A DNA stretch of 64,000 nucleotides, from positions 21,452,001 to 21,516,000 of the forward strand of contig OZ024751.1 in the NCBI GenBank assembly GCA_964016885.1. Reading direction: 5' to 3'. Below, in pieces: positions 28,391 through 43,499 of this stretch. The DNA is from Eledone cirrhosa. Taxonomy: Eukaryota. The notes beneath the pieces are model-generated. The model was given only the letters and a program-made list of their open reading frames with translations. It did not search any database and had not been told where the DNA came from. Position numbers and translations under genes: made by a program. Each line of letters opens with the position of its first letter. The stretch's first letter is position 1.

Positions 28391-30010
28391 ACAGGGAGAA
28401 AGAGACGATTATTAGGAAGAAAAATATAATTTTTTCCTTTTTTTATTTCTCTCTCTCTTTTTTCTGGGTTAGAAAATGATTAAAACGAAATGTTTTACTT
28501 TGTGTGAAGTGTTAAGGTATTAGTTGATTTATTTATTATTTAACAATGGCATTTATTTATCTATTTATATATTTAATTATTGTCTATTACCGGTTTCAGA
28601 ATTTTTATACATTATCAAATGATAGTGAAATGTATTAGTGTGGTGTCTCACATGTTAAACAGAAGGTGCAGAAAGAATAATGTTATTTACAAACAAGGTT
28701 TATGAAGTGAAAAGAAAAAAGAAAAAGAAAAAAAACCTGCATAATGTAGAGCATAAAAGTCAATGTGGAAGAAAAAATAATGTTATTTACAAGCATAGTC
28801 ATTGAAGTTAAGTGCTTAGTTGATCCATGATTCTGTGATGGAGGCAAATGGTGGACTGAGGTTTGATATGATTTCCCTTTTTAGAGAGTTAATATGAAGG
28901 GGGAAGCAATTCTTGCTGGATGATATTTAATTTATCTAAGAAAAAGGATTAGGTAGGGTGTGAGGAGGTAACTCTTGTAAATGTTTGATTGTTTGTTGCA
29001 GTTTTAGATTGGTCCGATTTTTAGAGCATTAAGTAGGGGTTGGAATTTATTAATGAAATATGTTTCCTTATTGGTACGTTGGATGAAAGTAGCGTTGTCT
29101 ATGATTTTGTAAATGGGGAAAATTTTAAAGTGTGGATGTTGGTTGTGAGCACAATTGGCGATATGTTCACTAAATGCAATCTTTCTGTATTCCTGTATTT
29201 TAATTTGTGATTTATGGACGGAGGCTGTTTTTTGTCTGTCCTATGTAGTGCTCTTGACAACCTGAGCAGGTCAAAACATAGATAAGGTTTTCAGATGCAC
29301 ATGTAAAGTTGTGTTTAACTGTGAAACGCTGTCCTTGTTTAAAATGGAACGTTGAACCTTCTATTAGATTTATGCATATGCCACAGTTGGGCCTTCCGCA
29401 TTTTGTTACTGTAGGGTTCATTGGATTTTGGCTTGTGTGAGGATGTTTTTTATGGATTTAGGTTGTCTTTTGCTCTTTATGACGTTGTCTGTTTGGAGGA
29501 TTTTGTTCATTCTTGGGTCTCTTTTTAGTAAAGGAATGTTCTGGAGGATGGTGTGAATGCCTCATTCTGTGTGGAGATGTATGGTAGAGTTTTTTGTTGC
29601 GGTTCATTCCTGGGTTTGGGGTGTCTGACTTCCTGGATGTCTAGTTTTAGGGCATGTTGGAATCCATTGGTGATTAGGGATGGTGGGTAGTTTCTGCTGA
29701 TAAGTGTATTTTTTAATTCTTCTAGTCGTGTGTAGCATGTGTCTTTATCTGAAACTATTGTGCAGATCCTTCTGGCTAGGTTATAAGGAATTTCCATTTT
29801 GGTGTGTCTAGGGTGGCACGAGTTGAATGGAAGGTATTGTTTGGAGTCTGTGGGTTTGTAGTATATGTCTGTTTCTATTTTGTTGCTTGTTTTCTTGGTG
29901 AGGATGTCGAGGAAAGAGAGTTGTTCATGGCTGTAATCCATTGTGAATTGTAAGTTAGTGTTGAGCCCATTCAGAAGGGTTTTAAACTCAAACAGTCTAT
30001 CTATACTTTC
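28390..30010 (-). mobile_element. 5'-truncated Penelope-like element (RT C-terminus, Cys linker, GIY-YIG endonuclease, 3' UTR)
   Basis: LSFLDIL..TDIYYKPTDSKQYLPFNSCHPRH..RICTI; CGRPNCGIC; FTCASENLIYVLTCSGCQEHYIGQT; disrupted by frameshifts and stops; ends at (TA)n. Confidence 0.92.
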
Positions 30011-30136
30011 ATGCCAGAGTTATGTAATAAACAACATAAGATAATGTTGTTTATTACAAAACTAATAAGGTCTGTAGCCTACATAGAGCACTCTTTTTTC
30101 CTGTGCCTTTCTGACGGAAATACTTCACACACACAC

Positions 30137-30230
<94 letters not shown>

Positions 30231-30618
30231 GCGTGTGCGTGTGCCTGTGCGTGTGCGTGTGTGTGTATGTATATATATAGAACAAAGGTTAACAAGGTTT
30301 TTAAAACACCGATGTAAAACCTGCAACTCAATGGTAGCCATTGATGTAGACCTGCTCTTTTGGGATTCCTGTCGCGGTCAATCAAGGAGTGAGATTGGTC
30401 CAGTGCAAAGCGTTTCTTCACTCTAAAAAAGCTTCAAGTATGGGTATCACTTGATCTAAACGACTTTTCACGTGTGTTACACGAATATGGTCTTTCGTTT
30501 TTTCTTTCGCTGAAAGAAATCTAGATCCCTGGCAGGGCTGTTCGTGCTACGCATGTATGGGAAAAGGTCAAGGAAAGGCAATTCTTCAACCGGAGATGCC
30601 GCTATTATATATGAACCT

Positions 30619-30808
30619 GGGCGGTGGATTGGCAGTATCGGTAGAGAGTCGGACGCCATGCTTTCCAGCATAGTTACGTCCCTTTACGATCTGAGTTCAA
30701 ATCCCGCCGAGGTTGACTTTGCCTTTCATCCTTACGGGGTCGATAAAATAAAGTACCAGTAATGTACTGGGTAATTGCTGGCCTTGTGCCTAAAGTAGAA
30801 ACAATTAT
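30619..30808 (+). mobile_element. Meta-like SINE, full length, with apparent target-site duplication ttatatatgaacct
   Basis: Consensus match; tatatatgaacct flanks both ends. Confidence 0.9.
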
Positions 30809-31147
30809 ATATGAACCTTGGAACAATGACAACTGTGTCAAAATATAGTTGAACTTGACTTCTTTAAGAAAGAAAGATCCTCCACAATTCTGACTTTACA
30901 GATTATATCGCAGTATAAGCGGTAATAAAATTCAGCAAAGCTTTAAAAATTCAAAGTATTGCGTAAAGAACGATGAAAAACGAACTGAACAAGGCTTCCT
31001 TTATTGTGAAACCATTTTATTACAACCTTGTTACCGAGTTAGTGACCGGTTACAATAAGCTTCAAACTAGAAGCGGAGAAAAACATACGCACACACTTAA
31101 ACAAACATTCATCCATATATACATATATGTTTGTGAGTGTGTGTGCG

Positions 31148-31228
<81 letters not shown>

Positions 31229-31229
<1 letters not shown>

Positions 31230-31403
31230 GACCCCTTGAGAAGAATACCAGGATAAATTTTCATTTAGTCCAGAATTAGCCGTCGAAACGGCTTGAGCTC
31301 AGCTGTCGGGGTCTTACTGGTTCCTATTACCCACTCTACTACCTCAAGTATTGAGTACTTTGGTGCGTTATGGTCCACCTGGTTCCTTACCACATTTCCT
31401 TCG

Positions 31404-31405
<2 letters not shown>
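31229..31405 (+). mobile_element. Family C hammerhead-bearing element, non-inverted copy, in (TA)n
   Basis: GACCCC TTGAGAA ..long stem II.. GAA ACGGC ttgagctca GCTGT C GGGGTC followed by the family tail. Confidence 0.7.
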
Positions 31406-31477
<72 letters not shown>

Positions 31478-31605
31478 GTACATATATAGTTAATATATGT
31501 ATATATATATATATGTGTGTGTGTCTGTGTCTGTGTGTGTGCGTGTGTATGTGTGTGCGTGTGTGTGTATGAACCTACAATAACTGGAAGTTATAATCCC
31601 TAAAA

Positions 31606-31647
<42 letters not shown>

Positions 31648-31649
31648 CG

Positions 31650-31682
<33 letters not shown>

Positions 31683-31967
31683 GCGCACACTGAATATATA
31701 TGGAGAGAGAAATAAAGATATACACATACGTATATATGGTTATATACATACATGCTTGCATCCATCCATCCATCCATCCATACATACATACATACATACA
31801 TACATACATACATACAAACATATATAGATGCATACATATGTACGTACATACATACATACATACATACATACAAACATATATAGATGCATACATATGTACG
31901 TACATACATACATACATACATACATACATACATACATACATACATACATACATACATACATACATAA

Positions 31968-32100
31968 TCGCTGGCACCTTCAAAATTTGCAAAACATTCT
32001 TGCGATTCAAGGGATGACAATTTCTTTTCTTTTACAACCTTGCCACCAGGAAGGTGGCCGGTCAAAAAAATATACTCGAAATTAAGAGAAAGAGAAAACA
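31968..32100 (+). mobile_element. Extreme 3' fragment of the R4/Dong-like element, inside (TACA)n
   Basis: Near-identical to 9107-9240; flanked both sides by (TACA)n. Confidence 0.88.
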
Positions 32101-32385
32101 TACATACATACATACATACATACATGGGTACATATATATGTATGTGACTGTAATAATAGTTAGTTTATTAGTCACAGATTGGCACTAACTGGAAGCTATC
32201 TGTATATCTGTATCTATATTTGTAAGAGTGGTGAGTTATCTGACACCAAGGCACATCAGAGACAGATGGCTAGAGGACTTAACAGCAACAAGTTTCTTAT
32301 CACACCAGAAATCCACGTCATTGCGGCGGACTTCTTTCGACGGCTTCTCGTAAAACAGACATTTTGTAGGTATAAAAACAAACAA

Positions 32386-32440
<55 letters not shown>

Positions 32441-32515
32441 CATACATACACATGTACATACATATATACATATATGTATGTATATATGTATGTAGATATA
32501 TATAGATATATATAG

Positions 32516-32567
<52 letters not shown>

Positions 32568-32665
32568 ATACATATACGTGTGTATATAAAAATGTATATA
32601 TATATATATATATATATGTATACATATAATTATATATATGCATATATATATATATAATTATATGT

Positions 32666-32741
<76 letters not shown>

Positions 32742-33083
32742 TTTTCTATACACACATGTATATATATATATATATATATATCATAAAACATGTCTATAGA
32801 ATCACAAGATAAAATATATACTATTTCCTCTCCCAATTAGCATAATTAACTATATAAAAAATCGAATAGACCAGGCTATAAGAATGAGGCTTCTATGAAG
32901 GAATCTCCAACAAATAACCAAAACTAGCGCTTCGCATCGGCCGTAGTGGATTATTTATCGAATATTTCGTCAGCGTAATCGCCTAGATACAGTCAACTAA
33001 GCAGAATTAGGTTTAAAATAAACTAGGAGAAAATAGAATACACTTAAATACCTCTACCATGGTTTCGTCCGTGTTTTGAGTTT

Positions 33084-33129
<46 letters not shown>

Positions 33130-33192
33130 ATATGAAATTAGTAAACCTTTGTTCGTACTGCCTCTCTGTTTTGTTCCCGTTCCATTTTTCAC

Positions 33193-33228
<36 letters not shown>

Positions 33229-33229
33229 A

Positions 33230-33335
<106 letters not shown>

Positions 33336-33426
33336 CATACATATATATAGATCGATAGAGAGAAAGAACGGTAGATAGGTCGAGGGCGAACGGAAGATCA
33401 GTAAAGCTATATGTAAATTAACATTT

Positions 33427-33614
33427 GGTGGATTGGCAGTATCGGTAGAGGATCGGACGCCATGCTTTGACGCATAGAGTTACGGCCCTTGCCATACTGA
33501 GTTCAAATCCCGCCGAGGTTAACTTTGCTTTTCATCCTTACGGAGTCGATACAATAAAGTACCGGTAATACACTGGGTATTTGCTGGCCTTGTGCCAAAA
33601 GTAGAAACAATTAT
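33427..33614 (+). mobile_element. Meta-like SINE
   Basis: Consensus match. Confidence 0.85.
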
Positions 33615-34431
33615 TTATTAACAATATCACCTGAAAAAGTAAGGCAGGTGAAACTATATGGAAAATATAATTATTTTTTAACATATCACTTTAAAAATCG
33701 AGACAGCTGAAGCTATCATCATCATCATCATCAGCAGCAGCAGCAGCACCACCGTCGTCTTCGTTGTTATTGTCGTCGTCGTCATTTCAATGTCCGCTTT
33801 CCATATTAGAATGGGTTAAATTCAAATTAATTATTAACAAATCACATTAAAAAATTAAGACCAGGTGAAGCAATATGGAAATTAAAATAAAACATTAAAT
33901 AAAAAATCAAGTGAAAAAACTGATGTGGTGAGGTGGAGTGGGGTGTGTTGTGGTGTGATGTGGTGTGGTTTTCTCTGCTGTGCCGTTACCTCCCCCAATC
34001 ATTACTACCGGCATTAAATCCCGCCGAGGTTAACTTTGTTTTTCATCCTTACGGGGGGGAAGGGGGGGTCGATGAAATAAAGTACCAGTAATGCTCTGGG
34101 ATTAATTACTGGCCTTGTGCCAAAACTAGAAATAATTATCTTCACCGCCATCATAGCAGCCTCCATCATCAACCATCATCTCTGCCACTAACGCCACTAT
34201 CATCATCATCATCATCATCCTCACCGCCGCCGCGCCGCCGCCATCATCACTGTCGCCGCCACAATCACCGCCGCCGCCATCATAAACCACCATCAGCAGT
34301 AAGGGAGGGGATTAGCTGACTGTGATTCTGTATTTATCCAACATGATAACCTACTTCAGTTGATGTTAATGTAAGTTTTTCAAGGGAGATAATAATATAG
34401 TAGATGGAGTTACTGTCGTGGTTGTTGTTGT

Positions 34432-34475
<44 letters not shown>

Positions 34476-34633
34476 TTTTAATAAGGGAAAGAAAGAATAA
34501 AAGAAAATGAAATGTATAAAGGAATGCATATACATACATAGATGCATACATACATATATATATACATACATACATACATGATGGCTGCCCCCTCGTTATC
34601 GAGTATGGACATTGCACGAGGAGAAAGAAAAAA

Positions 34634-34665
<32 letters not shown>

Positions 34666-34951
34666 TAATAAATAAATACATACATACATACATACATACA
34701 TACATACATACATACATACATACATACATACATACACAGTCACAAATTTCTTAACAGTATCGAACTAGTAACATCCTATCGATATATATATATATATAAT
34801 CAGAGATGGGGGGGGGGGGGGTACGATACCAGGAGGACCATAACTGTCGAAACGGCCGGAGATCAGCCGTCGGGGTCCTGAATCTTTTCATATATATATA
34901 TATATATTATATTTATTGAAACCTACAGTAACTCCAAGTTACACTCCCTAG

Positions 34952-35007
<56 letters not shown>

Positions 35008-35011
<4 letters not shown>

Positions 35012-35189
35012 AACGAGTAGGACCCAGACAGCTGAGCTCAAGCCGTTTCGACGGTCCAGAATTAGCCGTCGAAACGGCTTGAGCTCAGCCGTCGGGGTCC
35101 TACTCGTTCCTATTACCCACTCTACTACCCTAAGTATTGAGTACTTTGGTGCGTTATGGTCCACCTGGTTCCTTACCACATTTCCTTCG

Positions 35190-35191
<2 letters not shown>
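35008..35191 (+). mobile_element. Fold-back element family C in (TA)n
   Basis: Inverted arm aggaacgagtaggaccc..gtttcgacgg then the direct copy with tail. Confidence 0.82.
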
Positions 35192-35825
<634 letters not shown>

Positions 35826-36051
35826 TCTGTATGGATTCAGTTTGAAACTGGTTCATCCATTATTCACCAGAGTACTCGATACTTGGCGTAGTATAGTGGA
35901 GTATGGTTATATTATAAAGAGTCGGGACCCCGAAAGCTGACCTCTTGCTATTTCAACAACTGGTTTCAACAGCTAGGTCCAGCTGTTGAAACGGTAAGGG
36001 CTCAGCCGTCGTGGTCCCGACTCTTTTTAACAAACACACATACGTATATAC

Positions 36052-36311
36052 AGAAGATCCCGTAAGGGTTTAAAGCAGCGATTCTTTGCTTAAATTTTAA
36101 TAAATATTTGCTCTAGGGTTCTTATGTTTTTGATATATATTTATCCTTATCGAGCCCTCTTTGGATTCTAGCATAGTTACGTCCCTTTACAGTCTGAGTT
36201 CAAATCCCGCCGAGGTTAACTTTGCCTTTCATCCTTACGGGGTCGATAAAATAAAGTACCAGTAATGTACTGGTTAATTGCTGGCCTTGTGCCTAAAGTA
36301 GAAACAATTAT

Positions 36312-36357
<46 letters not shown>

Positions 36358-36500
36358 ATAATAATAAATTTGAAGACTAAAATCCAAAGAGGGCTCGATA
36401 AGGATAAATATATATCAAATATATAAGAACCGTAGAGCAAATATTTATTAAAATAACAGATTAAAGTTTGCTTAAACTTTAATCTGTTATTTTAATAAAT
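36052..36500. mobile_element. Cluster: family A copy, SINE 3' half (36169-36313), second family A copy
   Basis: Matches to 28135-28352 and to the SINE consensus. Confidence 0.75.
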
Positions 36501-36502
36501 AA

Positions 36503-36539
<37 letters not shown>

Positions 36540-36707
36540 ATAAGGAGTTGACGGACCCCCCTTATTTATCAATGCGAGTACCGGTTGTATCTCAGCGTAT
36601 ACTCAATAGGCAATGTAGCATACATTCCCAGAGTATACACATAGTTATTCGCTTCAATACAACACACGTAAAATATATTTATAAATACATACATATATAA
36701 TATATGC

Positions 36708-36805
<98 letters not shown>

Positions 36806-36806
36806 C

Positions 36807-36921
36807 TAAGGCGGATAAAATTCCCGAGATCCATGGACGAGTTCTCTCCAGCGGTCTCTGTCCCTCATTATCGCTGCCATGTCCTGCATCTCCAACAGAC
36901 CAGTGTCTGTCCTTAGGGCAT
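36807..36921 (-). mobile_element. RTE family 1 extreme 3' fragment inside (TA)n
   Basis: [37 protein letters not shown]. Confidence 0.85.
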
Positions 36922-37030
36922 ATATATGTATATGTATATATATATATGTATATATATATATATGTGTATATATATATATATATGTATATATATGTGTGTA
37001 TATATATATATATATGTATGTATGTATATA

Positions 37031-37090
<60 letters not shown>

Positions 37091-37095
37091 TATAT

Positions 37096-37284
37096 AACGA
37101 AGGAGTTGTGGTATGGCACCAGATGGACCATAACGCACCAAAGTACTCAATACTTAGGGTAGTAGAGTGGGTAATAGGAACGAGTAGGACCCCGACGGCT
37201 GAGCTCAAGCCGTTTCGACGGCTAATTCTGGACAGAATTAGCCGTCGAAACGGTTTCAGCTCAGCCGTCGGGGTCCTACTCGTT

Positions 37285-37288
<4 letters not shown>
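37096..37288 (-). mobile_element. Fold-back element family C in (TA)n
   Basis: Near-perfect ~58-bp inverted arms plus tail. Confidence 0.82.
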
Positions 37289-37346
<58 letters not shown>

Positions 37347-37559
37347 CACATATATATATATATACATATGTATGTACATATGTTTGTATATTAAGAGAGG
37401 TGTGGTAGTAATTGTTGTTAATGATGTTTTAAAATAGGAGGAAAAGAAAGAGGAAAAGAAAGAAAGAAAGAAAGAAAGAAGAATGATTGAGACAAAACGA
37501 AAACAAGATATTAATATATACATACATATCTATGTTTATGTGCACACACATACACAGAC

Positions 37560-37666
37560 ATGTGTATGTGTATATATATATGTGTGTGTGTGTGTGTGCA
37601 TGTATATGCGTCTGTGCGTTTGCGTATGCGTATATATATATATATGTTTGTATATATGTTTGTTTG

Positions 37667-37700
<34 letters not shown>

Positions 37701-37766
37701 CATGTATGTGCGTTTGCGTATGCGTATATATATATATATATATATGTTTGTATATATGTTTATTTG

Positions 37767-37841
<75 letters not shown>

Positions 37842-37863
37842 GTGTGTGTGTGTGTGCGTTTGC

Positions 37864-37901
<38 letters not shown>

Positions 37902-38026
37902 TTGTATATATGTTTGTTTGTATATATATATATGTGTGTGTGTGTGTGCATGTATATGCGTCTGTGCGTTTGCGTATGCGTATATATATATATATATATA
38001 TATATGTTTGTATATATGTTTGTTTG

Positions 38027-38069
<43 letters not shown>

Positions 38070-38148
38070 ATGTATATACGTCTGGGCGTTTGTGTTTGCG
38101 TATATATATATATATATATATATATATGTTTGTATATATGTTTGTTTG

Positions 38149-38179
<31 letters not shown>

Positions 38180-38200
38180 ATGTGTGTGTGTGTGAGTGAG
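37560..38200. repeat. Compound microsatellite with higher-order period (TG / TA / gcgtttgcgtatgcg blocks)
   Basis: Block repeated about 5 times. Confidence 0.8.
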
Positions 38201-38900
38201 TGTGAGTGTGTCTATGTGTGTCTGTTTGTGTGTGTGTGTATGTACACAAAGATGCAAGCAGGCAGATAGAAAGAGAGGAGGAAAGAAGGAGGAGGAGATG
38301 TATGGTAGAACTGATGTTGGTGACGGCGTCGTGTAGTATATTATTGGCGATGTCGGTGATAAAGTCTGCAACAGTTCCTTCTTCTCACACCATTTATTGG
38401 ACAGAGGCGAGAGGCAACAGAGATTTTGGCTGATATACAGACTGTGAATTAGTGATGTGACTGATTGACTGAGTGGCTTTAAGCGGAGACTTATTAATTA
38501 ATTAACTAATTGACTAATTGACTAATTGACTAATTGACTAATCAACGAAGTGAGAAGAGCGGCACAGCTTTTTCTTTCTTTTATACGCTATCCTTAGTAA
38601 TCCCGGATGTCGCGTGGGAAAGGTTTCCATTGTGGTTATGTAATACAAATATTGACAAGGTAAGTTCTCATATGTATTCTTTATATGATTCCGTTTACTT
38701 TCTATCTATAACATGAAATGTGGGTGACCCAGTGGTTTGGGCGCTCGACCGACGCCCCGATCATAAGGTCGAGGATTCAGTTACTGTACTGATAGACGCG
38801 ATGCCTTTCACGTTCATGGGGACCTTATCATTAACACATCCGAGAAAACTCCTAAGAAATACAACCCCGTAACAGGCCAGCTAAACCTTTATATGTGTGA

Positions 38901-39096
38901 AGGCGGGTGGCTGAGTGGTTAGAGAATTGGATTCACAATCTTGAGGTTGTGAGTTCGATTCCTGGACCAGGCGATGCGTTATGTCCTTGAGCAAGGCACT
39001 TTATTTCACGTTGCTCCTTCTACCTGGAGTTGCGACCGATAGATAGTATTAGCAACTGGAAAGACCAACGGAAACATTGTTTCCTCGGTCCGATTT
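38901..39096 (+). mobile_element. Second tRNA-derived SINE family with CORE-like segment
   Basis: GTGGCTGAGTGGTTAG A box, GAGTTCGATTCC B box, gtccttgagcaaggcactt; inverse copy at 56871-57044, relatives near 15797 and 18770. Confidence 0.8.
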
Positions 39097-40132
39097 GACG
39101 AAAGTAGATCGTGTCCCCCCCCCCCCCCCACCCCCCAATGTGTGAACTGTAAATTTCATTTCATTTCATATTTAATACCGTCTCAGTGAGGTATTAGAAC
39201 AAGTTGGCTGGATTATATGTAATCCGCATAGTGCACGTGTATACACACATACAAACACAGACACACATATATACAAATACAGATACACACACAAAGTACA
39301 CACCTATAAACATACACAAACGTACATACGTTCAAACACGCAAACATACTCATATACACATACACTTACATGTCTGTGTGCATATGAGACCCTCAATACA
39401 TTGCTTTGCCTGTGGTCTTATACAGCTGTTAAAATGGCTCTGCACACACACTCCCTCATGCGTGAAAATACTCATAGTGGTGAATCTATTATAAAACTAA
39501 AGTTTATTTAAGCTATGAGGGCTTTGGGGACCCATAACATTCCAAGCTTTAGGGCCCCGAAAAATGTAGACCCACCCTACGTACGCATACAGTCGCTATA
39601 AGAGGTGAGTTGGGCCGATATATCGGTCTGTGGTTCGGAGAAGTAGGAAGAGAGCCATTGAATATCTGACACCATCTGACATCAAAGTATAGACCTGATA
39701 TGTCCAGTTCCATCTTTAAGCATGAGCGGGTATACGGGGCAATTGCCCAAGAAGACCATCGGGTCTAGCGGTTCGATGTGAACTTATGTATATTTTGGTT
39801 GTATATATAAGGACCTTAGGGTGTTGCTTTACCCTCTGGCCTGTAATATTGTCCTGATCAATCTCTTTGCATTTAAGAGGAACCCCACCAACTTACCCCG
39901 GAACCCGGAAAATAATCATGCTCCACTATTACAGGAATTTCTCTTCGAGGCCCTATATATACATCGATTGGGAATACCATATACACGTGCACATATAGGC
40001 ATGCAGTTTGGGTGTATGTATATATAAATATATATATGTATGTATGTAAAAGGTAAACAGAAATAACAACACAATCGGTACAGTATATGGAAGGTATATA
40101 TTATGTTAACGCTTGATATAGCAAAAAGAGGG

Positions 40133-40168
40133 TCTTAACGTTTCGGACACTAGTCCTTCATCAGAAGA
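40133..40168 (-). ncRNA. Minimal hammerhead motif (family G) in a short element at about 40045-40245
   Basis: TCTT CTGATGA A GGAC tagt GTCC GAA ACGT T AAGA. Confidence 0.78.
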
Positions 40169-40423
40169 AAGAATGAGAAATAAAATAGATTGAGGGGACG
40201 GGCGAGATGGAATTGGAAAAAATGCCTTTAGATAAAAATAATAGGTCCATTCATGTTGACACATACATACATACATACATACATACATACATACATACAT
40301 ACATACATACATACATGCCCGTATATATATTGTGTATATTACAAATATTTATACGTATGTTATGTATATAAAGGATATCAGTCCTTGGGCTCTGGGCCAT
40401 ATCTTTGAAGACTATATACACAC

Positions 40424-40454
<31 letters not shown>

Positions 40455-40481
40455 CTTCTTCTTCTTCTTCTTCTTCTTCTT

Positions 40482-40514
<33 letters not shown>

Positions 40515-41057
40515 GACTGCGTGACGACGACGGCGAATGTGAAGAGGATGATGATGATTATGATGATGATGATAATAATGATTGTGGTGGTTATAGTAGT
40601 GGTGGCGGCGGCGGTGGTGGTGGTGGTGGTAGTGCTGCTGCTGATGATGATGATGGTGGTCTCGACGACGACGATGATGATGATGATGATGATGGTGCTG
40701 ATGATGTTGACGATTATGATCATGATGATGATGATCACGATGATGATGATGATGATGATAATAATCCCGGCCCGAAACGTCATATCTAACTGCACTACAA
40801 ACTCCTAAAACCAGCAAACGACTTTATCGTCTGCTATTTCGAATATCGTTTCTATTTATTAGATTCGGAAGTTAGTGATTAGATTGAATGGAGACGCATG
40901 TGGTGTAGGGTAGGGTGGGGCATGTGGTGTAGGGTAGGGTGGGGCATGTGGTGTAGGGTAGGGTGGGGGCTGGGCTACTACAAATAGTGGAGGTGTATGA
41001 TAGAGGAATCTTTTATACATTATAGCACATACTCACACAAATATATATACATACATT

Positions 41058-41090
<33 letters not shown>

Positions 41091-41097
41091 GTATATG

Positions 41098-41203
<106 letters not shown>

Positions 41204-41273
41204 ACATATATATATATATCTCACTTCCTACCTCGAGATTTCCCATCTGCATTGTTGTGGCTTTCTAAACTAC

Positions 41274-41322
<49 letters not shown>

Positions 41323-41402
41323 ATATACGTACGTATGTATACATGTATATACACATATACGTACACACAGATAAATATGAATATATGTGTAGGTAAATAT
41401 AA

Positions 41403-41488
<86 letters not shown>

Positions 41489-41640
41489 TTATTTATTTAA
41501 AGGTTAAACAAGGTTCAATGAATAAATCAAATTCATGTCTCAATCTTAAGGTATATAAATATTGAGTTTTATCATATCTTAATCACTACCATGACTGAAT
41601 CTTAACCATCTACTATGTCAGGGTATGTCATGCATCATCT

Positions 41641-41707
41641 TATTTTATCTGATGAGGACGTACTGTTGAAGTTAGCTCAGTACCTCTGAAATATGTATAA
41701 TAAAATA
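41641..41707 (+). ncRNA. Type-I hammerhead motif (family H) between (TA)n tracts
   Basis: TATTTTAT CTGATGA ..GTACTG..CAGTAC.. GAA ATATGTAT A ATAAAATA; 8-bp stem I. Confidence 0.72.
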
Positions 41708-41748
41708 TACTTGATCACAAGAAGTTCTATTTTTGTTAATATTTTGAA

Positions 41749-41825
<77 letters not shown>

Positions 41826-41981
41826 ATATTAATAACTCCAGAGAACCTCTTGTTGAGTGCTTTTAATCTATTGTAAAACTATATTCATTGAGTAATCAAT
41901 GAACCATATTAATCTTTGGTTATATATACATAGACATATATATATATATACACACATATATATATAGATAGATATATATAT

Positions 41982-42173
41982 AACGAAGGAAATGTGGTAA
42001 GGAACCAGGTGGACCATAACGCACCAAAGTACTCAATACTTAGGGTAGTAGAGTGGGTAATAGGAACCAGTAAGACCCCGACGGCTGAGCTCAAGCCGTT
42101 TCGACGGCTAATTCAGTCCAGAATTAGCCGTCGAAACGGCTTGAGCTCAGCCGTCGGGGTCTTACTGGTTCCT
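41982..42173 (-). mobile_element. Fold-back element family C in (TA)n
   Basis: Near-perfect inverted arms plus tail. Confidence 0.82.
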
Positions 42174-42273
42174 ATATATATATATATATATATATACATA
42201 TATATATGTATATATATATATATATTAATCTTTGGTTATATATACATATACATATATATATATATACATATAC

Positions 42274-42306
<33 letters not shown>

Positions 42307-42322
42307 CATATATATATACATA

Positions 42323-42498
<176 letters not shown>

Positions 42499-42800
42499 TA
42501 TATATATTAGTATATATATATATATGAATATATATACTTGTCCAGTAATATAGAGAGTTAGATATACGACAGAAGACAAGTGTATGTTACTAAAGTGCTG
42601 CTCTGTCTCTGTGGGTTTCCTTATATGAGTTCATATACAGTAGTAGCAGTGTTGTGTAGGAGTTAGGGACAAGGGGTGAGGTACTAAGAAGGGTTGTAGG
42701 GTGAGGGGTAAGGAGTCTGTGGGCCGGAAAGAAACCGGAAGAAGATTTCATTGCACATATTTTCTTATTGAAGTATCTACCAATATATATATATATATAT

Positions 42801-42973
42801 AGTTTTAATATAGATGAGATTGTACAGGACTAGAACTGTTTCATTCTTTAGAAATCATCAGGAATCACTAGTTCTAGTCCTGTAGAATCTCATCTATATT
42901 AAAACTTTTATACTCTGCAATGTATTGAGTACCTTACTTACTGTGGTTACCTCCGATTCAACCCGGAATAACG
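42801..42973 (+). mobile_element. Fold-back element family B in (TA)n
   Basis: Left arm holds the hammerhead core on the minus strand; right arm is truncated, then the tail. Confidence 0.82.
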
Positions 42974-43074
<101 letters not shown>

Positions 43075-43080
43075 TTATTT

Positions 43081-43279
43081 ATAGGAAAATGTTCAAGACC
43101 CCGATGGCAGAGCTCAAGCCGTTTCGACGACTATTTCTGGACTCAGAAATAGCCGTCGAAACAGCGTGAGCTCTGCCGTCGGGGTCTTGAACATTTTCCT
43201 ATTACCCACTCTCTACCCTAAGTATTGAGTACTCTGGTGCGTTTTGGTCCACCTAGTTCCTTACCACACTTCCTTCGTT
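43081..43279 (+). mobile_element. Fold-back element family C (subfamily C2) in (TA)n
   Basis: aggaaaatgttcaagacccc.. inverted arm; sister at 56497. Confidence 0.8.
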
Positions 43280-43396
43280 ATATATATATATATATATTTA
43301 TATCCGGATGTATGTATCCATGTATCGGTGTATATATTTTAAAAAATATATATGTATAAGCATACATATATATATATGTATGTATGTGTGAATGTG

Positions 43397-43499
<103 letters not shown>

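Noticed and set aside
30544-30762. Recurrent peptide SSNPAEVDFAFHPYGVDKIKYQ as a gene family
   Set aside because: It is the translation of the SINE core.
33052-33075. Additional hammerheads (GGAC GAA ACCATGGT A here; GAA ACAATTGT T near 49015-49030)
   Set aside because: Only the 3' half is visible, so not called.
38901-38980. tRNA gene
   Set aside because: A and B boxes are present but there is no acceptor stem, and the sequence continues into a SINE body.
40251-40817. His/Lys-rich proteins (also 49179-49659, 51684-51987, 55254-55787)
   Set aside because: Trinucleotide microsatellite mosaics without splice or homology support.
40896-40975. Functional G-quadruplex element
   Set aside because: Just a 24-bp unit x3; no evidence of function.
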